64,000 nucleotides of DNA from Trichosphaerium sp. ATCC 40318 (Eukaryota; Protista; Tubulinea): NCBI GenBank assembly GCA_038496445.1, contig JALMLS010000377.1:186001-250000 (forward strand). Direction: 5' to 3'. The notes beneath the pieces are model-generated. The model saw only the letters and a program-made list of their open reading frames with translations. It ran no database searches and had not been told where the DNA came from. The position numbers and the translations under genes were made by a program. This document shows, one piece after another, positions 1 to 9,564 of the stretch (positions within the stretch are counted from its first letter, which is position 1; each line of letters starts with the position of its first letter).

Positions 1-143
1 TTCATTACTATTACGTCAATGACGTAATGGTAGAAGAGTCCAGGATAAGGAATCAAAGAGTTATGGAAAGGCTGGAACAGGCATTCCGAGACAGTTTTAC
101 TTTGGAGCGTAATTTTGTCACCCCACCTGCTCAAAGATCTTGA
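1..143 (+). CDS. 3' end of an F-box-like/MORN-variant repeat paralog (5'-truncated by window edge)
   Basis: Frame 3 reads HYYYVNDVMVEESRIRNQRV...AQRS* (TGA 141-143). This matches the C-terminus YDYVNDKLVEESRIRHQR of the 954-2770 gene, and the downstream DNA also resembles its 3' flank. Confidence 0.85.
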   Translation, partial: HYYYVNDVMVEESRIRNQRVMERLEQAFRDSFTLERNFVTPPAQRS

Positions 144-303
144 CTTCTTCCGTTCGGTAGTGATTGCTTCTGCTACGCCGTTTGTATGCCAAAAAAAAGA
201 AATGTAGAAAAAAAAAAAAAGATTAAACATTCATCCTTTCAATACAACTATTGTTTATTGCAATCAAAGAATCCTACTCCAGTTCTTAGGTTTACATTGT
301 ACC

Positions 304-428
304 AATTCTATAAAAGAATTCGAGAAAACAGTATCAACTTTTACTCACCACGATACAGCTACCTTGGTTGAGTGTCTTTACCTAATGCATGCTTTAGGAA
401 GAGGGGTACCAGAGCGCTAAATAAAACT
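304..428 (+). pseudogene. Decayed fragment of the CBM48 gene (intron/exon piece)
   Basis: AAAAGAATTCGAGAAAACAGTATCAACTTTTACTCACCACG and ATGCATGCTTTAGGAAGAGGGGTACCAGAGCGCTAAATAAA match ~4935-4980 and ~5067-5110. Confidence 0.75.
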
Positions 429-439
429 TATAATAGAGG

Positions 440-600
440 AGAGCTCTATGACAATGGTGTGCAGTGTTGCCGCAGGCAACTGGTAGGCTAAGAACTATGG
501 GTGTTGCTATGAACGACTAAGAGGATGGAATGCTTCAACTACTGGTATATTGCTTAAAGAGTGCTCAAGAGCAATGACAAAACAGAAGGTATTATCAAAC
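440..600 (+). pseudogene. Decayed MORN-variant repeat remnant
   Basis: AAGAGGATGGAATG...GAGTGCTCAAGAGCAATGACAAAACAGAAGGTATTATCAAA resembles the KRMEW...ECFKINDKTEGIVK-coding DNA of intact paralogs, with indels and stops. Confidence 0.65.
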
Positions 601-604
601 TCTG

Positions 605-1720
605 CGTAGTGATATATGATGACTGGGATAACAGATATTGTCGCCAAAGAAACATAAAAGTTGCTAAATCAATACTAAAAATGCCAAACTCAAAAAAAAT
701 ACAAGCCAACAAAAAAATACACTATCCAGGCAATGTGAAAATAAATTGTCAATCGGTATTTGATAATCTAAAACAGAAGGAAATTCACATATAATAAACG
801 ATATTGGTTACTTATCAGTTTATATTTTGTTCGAAAGTAGATTGATCAATCAAAGTTTAAGTTGATTGAAATAGTCATTTTATTTACTAAACACAAGGAT
901 CGCAACACTACAGAAATAACCAATACCCAACTAGAGACAGACCTAACAATATTATGAAACCATCTCACAAACAAAAGGTAAATGCTGTTTAATCTCTTTT
1001 ATTGCAAGGCAACTGGTTGTACTAATACTCGGCAAATAGATAAATACATCAATACAAGATAACAACAATCGATTGTTAAACCTTCCAATGGAGTTACAAC
1101 TTGATATTATCGATCTAGATCCCGAAGTGTTCTTAAAATGGCCATTGCTTTCAAAACAAGCAGCGACATCAACGAGATTTGATGATAATTTGAAGAAACA
1201 TGGAAAATGGAAGCAGTTTAGAGTTGAGTATCAAGACAACATGTATGAGGACAACAATATCATATTGACATCTACAATCATACGTCAAGAGCACTGGAGT
1301 CATGGTAAGATGAATGGTATGTATAAAGAGTGGCACGATAATGGTGAACTATGGATACAATGCTCATGTCTCAATGGTAAACAACATGGCGAGTACAAAC
1401 AATGGTATGACAACGGCCAACTAGAACTACAATGTATGTATGTAAATGGTATAAAAGAAGGAGACAATCATCAATGGCATGAAAATGGTCAATTGTGGAT
1501 CCAAAGTTTCTGTATCAATGGTAAGCTTGATGGAGACTACAAACAATGGCACGACAATGGCCAATTACAAATACAATGTACATATGTTGATGGTCAACAA
1601 GATGTAGAGAAAAAACGTACAATTTCACAGTTGCATGACGAGTGTGCGGGTGACTACAAGGCGTGGTATCCAAACGGACAATTAGAAGTACATTGTAATT
1701 ATTTCAATGGCAAAGTAGAT
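605..1720. repeat. Segmental duplication, inverted relative to ~21697-22835
   Basis: High identity by eye to the reverse complement of 21697-22835, covering the end of the GnT-I-like last exon, intergenic DNA, exon 1, the intron and the 5' part of the MORN gene. Confidence 0.9.
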
Positions 1721-2770
1721 GGGGAACTCAAATGGTGGCATGAGAATGGACAGTTAAATGAACACAAGTACTATACAAATGCAAAACTAGATGGAGAGTA
1801 CAAGAGATGGTACAACAGTGGTACTTTAAGTGAGCATAGTAGGTACGTAAATGGTGTAAAAGAAGGTGAACTCAAGTATTGGTATGGAAATGGTCAGTTG
1901 TCACACCATTGGCATTATGACAATGGTAAACAAGATGGAGAGATCAAGGAGTGGTTTGAAAACGGCCAATTGAGAGTTAAGGTAAATCTCGTAAATGGCA
2001 AGGAAGAAGGAGAGCTCAACACGTGGTTTGCAAATGGCCAATTGAAGCTTTGGGTAAAATACACAAATGGCAAGCATGCAGGGGAGGGCTTTTCTTGGTA
2101 TGAAAATGGCCAAATGGAGCTTAAGGTAGTTTTTGTAAATGGCAAACGGGAAGGGAAGTTGAGAAGTTGGTATGAAAATACCCAATTGAAGACTGAGGCA
2201 TTCTATGCGAATGATAAAGTGGCTGGAACGCATACAGATTGGTTTGAAAATGGTCATGTGAAGTGCAAGTGCAACTGTGTTGATGGTTTAAGAGAAGGAG
2301 ACGCAATAGGTTGGTATGAAAACGGCCAAATGAAAGAGAAAAAGAGCTATGTAAATGACAAATTACATGGAGAGGTCATGTTCTGGCATGAAAATGGTCA
2401 ACTGTCACAGAAATCCCACTTTGTCCATGGAATAAGAGAAGGAAAACTCAATAGCTGGCATAATAACGGTCAAATGAGTGTGCAGTGCTACTTTGTAAAC
2501 GGTAAACAAGAAGGCAAGAGAATGGAATGGCATCGCAGCGGCCGATTGAGTTTAGAGTGTTTCAATATCAATGACAAAACAGAAGGAATCGTCAGACACT
2601 GGAACGACAGTGTGTTGATAGAGTATTTTGTCGTCAATGGTAAAAAAGAAGGAGAGTACAAAGAGTCGTATAAGGGGCAAGTGGTGATTCAATACGACTA
2701 TGTCAATGACAAATTGGTAGAAGAGTCCAGGATAAGACATCAAAGATTTGTGGCGAAGTTTTTGAGCTGA
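954..2770 (+). CDS. F-box-like + MORN-variant (MORN_2/YwqK-like) repeat protein, copy A
   Basis: Exon 1 954-977 (MKPSHKQK), GT-AG intron 978-1039, exon 2 in frame with ORF 1073-2770. LLNLPMELQLDIIDLD...WPLLSK is followed by ~20 repeats of G.Y..W..NGQL......Y.NGK.EG. Confidence 0.9.
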
Positions 2771-3181
2771 GAACATTGAGTGTAGAGGTGTAACTTGTCA
2801 TCCCACCTGCTCAAATATCTTGAATTACTTCTACAATCGCTTCTACTAAGCTGTTTTTATGCCAAAGTAATAATTGTAAGCTAGAAACACAAGATTAAAT
2901 ACACACTTCCTTTCTACACTATCAAGACTCCAGTTTTTTATCTACATTGCACCTATCCCTGATATATTGTCGTCATGAAATCTAACAAGTGCTTTGTCTT
3001 TGTATTCGGCATTTTCAATGCGGAAATGATTGAGTGCCGCTATGAAAGCAATCAAGCTTGGCTAAGCTACTGGCTGTAAACAATCAAAGAAGTACTAACT
3101 GAATTCCACGTGTTATCGAGAGGTATTATTAACTCCTTACGTGTAGTAAAAAAAAAAGTTACGTATAGTAAAAGTATTTCG

Positions 3182-3898
3182 TCATTTATTTTTACTGATG
3201 TGATCTTTTGTGTACAAAGTTACATTGAATAGCAAGCTAGCAGCCTTGCGCCTACTAGTGGTGAATTTCGGCGTTTTATCAGGTGTCATACTGTCGATAA
3301 TGGCATGTAAAGATGTTAAGGTCAGTTTCATAAGACCTTGTATCATGCGACATTTCTCATTTTGCACCCGACCCTTTTCAACATTACACCATGGCAGCTG
3401 GTTGGCCTTATCCACAGAGCAAAATTTGGCCTTATAAAAGGAATGCAAAAAGGCTTTGTCAGTTCTGGGACGGCCTACAAATAAATCAAGCTCTTTTTCT
3501 GCATTTTCAAGTAGATTTGGATTTGTGGCTCGAAGAATGCGATTGATCAAAACAGGCTTGTAGCCATCTGATTTAAGTAGTAGCTCCTTGCATATAGACT
3601 GAAGCTCTGGTTTGTGTTTGGATTTTAGAGTTTCCTCTGTCCATCTCAATATTTTTTGTTGTTTTTTTGCTTGTTGCTTGCTGCAGTTGTAACAAGACCA
3701 TGAATCGCCCTCAACGTTTTCCTTGTGCTCCTCAGAATCCCAATTAAGACATTCAGTGTGATACCAAAGTTCACAATCAAAACACAAAATCATTTCAGGT
3801 CCATCAATTTCTTTGTTTTCAAATTTACATTCATCTATGCAATGATATTCAACAGCATCAGGGAGGGGTTTGAGAAGGATTTTTTCTTTCTCCTGCAA
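3182..3898 (-). CDS. Transposase-like fragment: PHD finger + SAP domain + piggyBac-like C-terminal catalytic segment
   Basis: PHD: C-x3-C...MILCFDCELWYHTEC...WSCYNC. SAP: LKSKHKPELQSICKELLLKSDGYKPVLINRIL. FYKAKFCSVDKANQL resembles the piggyBac YN..MGGVD..DQ motif. The ORF lies inside the TIRs. Confidence 0.65.
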   Translation of the reverse strand: MQEKEKILLKPLPDAVEYHCIDECKFENKEIDGPEMILCFDCELWYHTECLNWDSEEHKENVEGDSWSCYNCSKQQAKKQQKILRWTEETLKSKHKPELQSICKELLLKSDGYKPVLINRILRATNPNLLENAEKELDLFVGRPRTDKAFLHSFYKAKFCSVDKANQLPWCNVEKGRVQNEKCRMIQGLMKLTLTSLHAIIDSMTPDKTPKFTTSRRKAASLLFNVTLYTKDHISKNK

Positions 3899-4031
3899 TA
3901 CTTTAATATCTTTTAAAGAGAGTCCACTCTGATTCTAGTTCATACAGCCACAGAATTCCAAAATATTTCATAATCTCAGAAACAGCTATTGGCGTCTTCC
4001 AAAATGAATTTAACTTGACACCTTTTTTTGT

Positions 4032-4355
4032 TCAGGCAGTGTATATAATACCTCGTTGAGCTTCAGAGCATGTTGCAAGATATTCCCAGACTCTTATCAA
4101 AACCAGCTTTGAACAAATAGATTTAACTGAGTAATTTCTTATATTCCCTCTGTCAAACAACGCAAAATTAGGTTTTGATACTTGAACTTGCTTTGACTCT
4201 TTGATGGAGTGGAATTCCTCATTTAACACTTCCCAACCTTGTTGTTTTACTTTGAAGAGGCTCTCAGAGATTTGTACTAGATAGGCACGCTGTTTGGCAG
4301 CGTTTTCTTTGCTACGGTTGTAGTCTACGGGCTCCTTCTGCAGCTCTTTTTGCAT
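4032..4355 (-). CDS. Probable N-terminal remnant of the same transposon ORF
   Basis: 107-aa ORF inside the TIRs, same strand and upstream of 3182-3898; no recognisable motif. Confidence 0.35.
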   Translation of the reverse strand: MQKELQKEPVDYNRSKENAAKQRAYLVQISESLFKVKQQGWEVLNEEFHSIKESKQVQVSKPNFALFDRGNIRNYSVKSICSKLVLIRVWEYLATCSEAQRGIIYTA

Positions 4356-4589
4356 TTTGCCTGTATGCGTTATTTTGCACTTTGGCGTACAGAGCGCTGA
4401 TGTCCATCACGTAAAAAGGTATGCAGGCACAAAAAGAAGACGTTTTGCTAATATTTACTACACGTAAAAAAAATTTTTACTACACGTAAGGAGATTAAGT
4501 TCTGTGAATTCCATATTTCGTCATAAAACTTGCACACAGAACTACAAACATTACAAAACATATCAAACAACAAACGTAACAACTCAAAT

Positions 4590-5756
4590 ATGGATCAAGC
4601 AGAAGCAGAAGCACGTGAAGAGGTGCAGTTTATAAACTTACTTTAGTAATTACCTAATACCCTTTCAGGCGCGTTTAATGCGCGCAATGCAGAGGAAGAA
4701 GCAACAAAAGCCTAAACCCAAGCCAAAACCTAAGCCAACAGTGACAAAGCCAAAACCTGCCCCGTACGTCTTAAGAATACAATCGAATACTGTTGTAACC
4801 ATTACTACAGCGAGCCAGAGCCTGTACAGGCCCCAAAGGTTGTTGAAGAACCTTATAAACCTCCTGTACCAGTAAACAGCACAGTGGATAACTCTGACGA
4901 ATCCAGAGGGGAAGTAGGTACGATATGGTGAAATTCTCGAAAAGAATTTGAGAAAACATTATCAACTTTTACTCACCACGTGTTCTACGCAGATACTTCA
5001 TCTGTCAACGTTCTTAGTTCCCAAGAAGATGATAAAAGAGCAGAAGAATTGGAAGAAGCTCGCCTTATGCGTGCATTAGGAAGAGGAGGTACTAGAGCGC
5101 TAGATAAAGCTAAGTCAGACACGTGTTAATTTTCCAACAGGAAAAAGCGTAAGAAAACCGTTCGTTAAGCCAAAACCTGCACGAAATACTCCACCCACTT
5201 CCACAGCACCCAAAAAAGAAATTAAAAAACCTGTACCACAACTCGAAATAGTACGTTTGGAAATTGTTAGTTGAAGTAAGAGGCTAAAGAAAAGAAATAG
5301 GTAAACAGGCCTAAAAAAGTAGAGGCTGTTACTGCTGCTGATGTTGATGCACCAGAAGATGGCGTATCTACGCTATTCGAATGGACATACTTATACGATC
5401 CTACAGCTAAGGTGTACCTATGTGGTTCATGGAATGATTATACACCTATAAAGATGGGCATGGCTGATGACTCTCATCATTTCATTGCGACTATAAAGGC
5501 ACAAACACATTTTCTTTCGGGACTCTTGGTTTTTTATTTTAATTAATAACACGTGATTTTAGCTTGCAAATGGTAAGCACTACTACAGATTCAAAATTGA
5601 TGGTAAATTCGAACTTGATAAACAAAAGGTTTGTTTGCTTTATAATTCTTATTTATACAACCACGAGTTAACATTTTTTGCTTCTAGTCAACAAGTTTTG
5701 GACCAACAGGAAACTTAATGAATTCGATAGAAATTGGTCTAGACAGGCTTGAATAA
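4590..5756 (+). CDS. K/P-rich protein with C-terminal CBM48 (AMPK-beta-type glycogen-binding) domain, multi-exon
   Basis: Spliced reading gives TLFEWTYLYDPTAKVYLCGSWNDYTPIKM...HFIATIKLANGKHYYRFKIDGKFELD...GNLMNSIEI. Internal duplicated motif EEARLMRA(M/L). Confidence 0.8.
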
Positions 5757-5795
5757 AAACCCTTCATACTTTTACCCATGTGTCCTCTATTCTTC

Positions 5796-6554
5796 CTATT
5801 TGTCTTGATAGGTACCCTTAGCTTTGATAAATGTATCTGCAAAGTCCAATCGATGTTGTAACACAGCAGTAGCTAGAAATATAAAAATGAATACAAGCTG
5901 TCAAAATTAAAACTTGAAAAAAAAATTCAATCAAATGTTCATTTGTTACCTGTGATTGGTCTGCTCTCTGTAATCATAGCAAGTGCTTCATCAGCAGAGT
6001 ATCCAACATACCGTAGCAATAAGTTTGAAATCATACCAGTTCGATGCATTCCAGCTGCGCTATTCAATTAATGAGCGAACAGCAACTGAACAAAAAAATG
6101 AAAGGGCACTTTTGCGTACCAGTGTATCATTATATTAGCGCCTCCTTTGAGCTCCACAACAACTTTATCGAGTGTTTCTTTAATAGCATCGTACTCAGTT
6201 GCCTCTGGAGGATTTCCGTTAGGCATTGAATGCCAAATCCATTTTAAGTTGCTCTCTTTGCACCAATCGCCTGTATTGCGCGTAAGGAAAACTAAATGGT
6301 GATGATTTAACGCACCAACAAGTTCAGGTTTCTCTTTAGGGCCTTGAAGGGTGAGGAAATGTGTACAGACTGTTAGATTAGCGATTCTAGCGACTGTGCG
6401 AGCACCAGGCCTATTTTGCGTCTATTAGCTTAATTATGGCTATCAATCGTATAACTAACCTTCCACGCAGCGCAAACGAACCGCCAATCTTTGTTGGCAC
6501 GAAATTAAGCTTCAAAGGTTTTGGTTCTCTCTTTTGATTTGACGTAGTGCTCAT
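5796..6554 (-). CDS. Cys-based protein tyrosine/dual-specificity phosphatase, multi-exon
   Basis: Spliced active-site motif IMIHCAAGMHRTG (CX5R); four exons with GT-AG borders or more. Confidence 0.85.
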
Positions 6555-6991
6555 GTTCGTGTTGTGTTTAATATGTATCACTGTTGACGTTGTTTTGGTT
6601 GAAAAGAAGTTACAAAAGGGAAGACATTTGTTACAATTTCAACGAAAAATATTGTGAAATTCGCTTTTTTGGTATTGCTACTGACATGTTGTAAACACGT
6701 GGGGAGTGTACTACGTAACAAAGGGCTAAAAAATGGCGCGATCAGAAAGTATGTTATGCTTAAACAGCAACGTTTCACGTGAACAATGCGAGAACTCTTG
6801 ACAATATATGTGCTGCTTGTTCCACATTCCTTGAAGCGCCTTCTCCTTTGCATAGCGCGAGTAAGCTCAGAGTCTTAGAACTGATCACCAAAAACAGCAA
6901 ACTCAGCGACTTTAAGCCCTTTAACCACAAAATGGACTTTTTTATTATTTCCTTTTTAACCAAAACTGGTAATACAGCTCTGAAACAATAT

Positions 6992-8276
6992 TTAAACATC
7001 ACTGTTGGGTACTGCCTTATCGTGTTCATACCTACACTCTCTTTGAACAGCACCTAGCCTATTCCAGTTCTTATACTTTCCATGTAATTCACCATTACAA
7101 AAATAACAATGAACACACTGTACACCATTATCGTACCACTTTTTAAACTCTCCATTAAGGTTACCCTGCTGGAAATAACTAATCTCCATAGCATTACCAT
7201 TTCTATGCCATGTCTCACTCTTACCAACAAGTTTACCTTCTTCAAAGAAACTATGTTGTTTCATCTGTCCGTTATCATAATAAAGCTTAAACTCTCCATG
7301 AAGTAGTGTATCTTTAAAATGACTAAACTCTAACATCTCACCATTAGCATGCCATGTTGTACTAACTCCTTGTATCTTATCACCAACAAAGCTCTTTGTA
7401 TGCTGACGAAGCTGTCCATTGCTGTGCCACTTCTTGAACTCACCTTCTTTAAGCCCGTTTACATAATAACACTTACAACTCATATTACCATTTGGATGCC
7501 ATAGATAATATTTAGAAAACGTAAACAATTCATTTGGTTGTTGGACAAATAAAAAAAAAGGTGAAAATCTTTTGGGGTTTTTTTTTGTTTTCTTTCAATA
7601 ATAGAACGCTTAGGTACCCATCCTTTCCATTCTCCTTCTATTATACCATTCTCATAAAAGCATTCTTCATGTGTTTGGCCGTTAGAGTACCTTATAAGAA
7701 CCAGTTAATGAATAAACGATTTTTTTCCCAAATTTTTTGTTCCTTTTTTTCGCTCTGCTCCAACAACGGTGAGCAAGCACCAGTCGTGTTAATACAATGA
7801 CATTTCGCAGCAATGTGTAACGAGAATATATAAATAGTATTGGATGGGCTGATTATTTTGGGAGAGGATTATTTAGGTACCATCGTCTTTCGATACCATC
7901 TTTAACGCCATGTACAAATCTGTTTATGCCATATTTTCTATCCATAGAATGTCCAAACTTCATCCAATTACCATGTTTTCTCATTTCCTCATCAAACCTT
8001 AAATAGGCGAGCCTTCTACATACTACTGTGCGTCAACAAACAATTGTTGGTTTTTTTTTCTCGTCAGAATTATTTTTAGCGAGCTAGCGCGTTAAAACAC
8101 AAATAGTAACTCACAATAGGGTGAATATTACCCGTCGGACAAATATTTTAACGGTTTGGGCGCCTTTTGGCTAGTTAAATTTATTGCAACGTACGTAGAG
8201 GAAATACAGTGTTTATAGATCTGCAATACGTCATTAATAGGTATTGTAACTCTACTGGCAGGTTTAATATGCTAGA
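6992..8276 (-). CDS. Intron-containing F-box-like + MORN-variant repeat protein, copy B (possibly splice-defective; start uncertain, maybe 8418)
   Basis: Exons read ILNLPVELQYLLMTYCRSINTVFPL / LVCRRLAYLRFDEEMRKHGNWMKF...GVKDGIERRW / YSNGQTHEECFYENGIIEGEWKGW / ORF 6992-7528 repeats. No canonical AG is visible at the last acceptor (~7500). Confidence 0.75.
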
Positions 8277-8880
8277 TAATATTAGAAATAGGCCAATTAG
8301 CGTAGAAAAGCAGCAATTAAAGGTAGTTTGCCAAAACAGCGAATTCTTTATTTTGCTTTCAAGTGCGTTACAATAGCGCGCGCATAGCTTAGTGCGTACC
8401 TTGCGGGCTCTGGGCCATTTACATCACAATACATTGTGTACACGTAAATGTTACTCAAAAGGAAAGCAGTAGCTGGAGGATACTATAGAAAGCATAAAAA
8501 AGCTTGCAAGAAATCAACAACATTCCTAACACCAAAAATTAGCACACAAACAAAAAAACGAAATAACATTCTGGAAATAGCTCTGTTGCCATGAATTTCT
8601 TCTACGACGCGCCAGCGCGTTATTTGTAGTATATAGAATGCGGTTTTTTAGGAAGGTAACAACCGAAATACCCAAATAATTGCGGACGTATTCGTGGTTT
8701 TGTGGGCTAGACTACCCCAAGGTGTTGAAGGGCGTTATTGCTCTGTAACTAGCCATTAATCTTGTGTGCATTCAACGCACACAGGTAAGATTCGCATAAT
8801 TTCCAAAATGCATGAGTTTTACAAACCCGGAAAATAAAATTCATAAGACCAAAAACGCCCATAAAACACAACTAACAACA

Positions 8881-9564
8881 ATGAAGGCCACACTCAATAA
8901 AGTAAGAGAGTTTGCTAATGACTGGAAGCTAAAGAAAAAGGTTCGTACACTCTTCTGTCACGTTTTTTGAAACCTTTTTTGTTCTTTTTCTTGTTAAATA
9001 CGTGTTAACTCATTTTACCTTTTAGTTTAAATTCAGACGTCCTAGTACCAGAAGAAACATGGTTAGATGTTTAGGCACCTTTTCATACTGGAGATGCAAA
9101 CCAAAATGCGTAGGTACGTACATATGTAACACAGTAGCAAAAATCTGCGTCGCTTCGGTGGTTACGTCACGTGATGTTTATGAATTTTTTTCTTTGTTTA
9201 ATCGATACTAATATCTCTTCTAGGTGGTAGACCATCATCACTACCTAACTTCTTGGACGGTCTTCTATCTTTCAAAGCTATCATAGAGACTGTAACAGAA
9301 ATGACCCAAAAAAACAGAAATGTGTCGACACAGCTAAATCACGATGAAGAACACTTCATGTTGAGCCTACACTATTGCCGCTTTTCCAAATCAGTTACTA
9401 GCGTAAAGAAGTCATCATCTGCTCCCTCAACAGCAGCAATTATAAAACCAAACACAACACATCGCCTAACGCGTGCTGCTTTGAAGACTATCGAGGAAAA
9501 GCAAGAGAAACATAAACAGTCAAAATTAGACTCTCGGATGTCATTAAATTTTCTGGTAGATTAG
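8881..9564 (+). CDS. Small basic hypothetical protein, 3 exons
   Basis: ATG 8881 and in-phase GT-AG introns join MKATLNKVREFANDWKLKKK / FKFRRPST... / ORF 9253-9564 ending RMSLNFLVD. Confidence 0.6.

Larger units (their letters stand above)
3133..4493. mobile_element. piggyBac-like DNA transposon, internally deleted or non-autonomous
   Basis: Perfect 20-bp TIR CTCCTTACGTGTAGTAAAAA (3133-3152 / 4474-4493). TTAA at 3129-3132 and 4495-4498 (one extra A at 4494). A subterminal repeat of TTACGT(G/A)TAGTAAA occurs at both ends. Confidence 0.8.

Noticed and set aside
1040-1720. Diversity-generating retroelement (TR/VR) explanation for the near-identical MORN copies
   Set aside because: No reverse transcriptase in the window. 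A-versus-D differences are not restricted to adenines, and about half are synonymous by manual comparison.
1901-2776. Antisense ORFs over MORN genes (also 19249-20152, 20865-22133, 40916-42495)
   Set aside because: Shadow frames of repetitive coding sequence with no motifs.
8161-8175. GCCTTTTGGCTAG resembling U2 snRNA stem I
   Set aside because: Not followed by the GTGTAGTA branch-pairing sequence or other U2 elements; lies within an intron region on the opposite strand of copy B.
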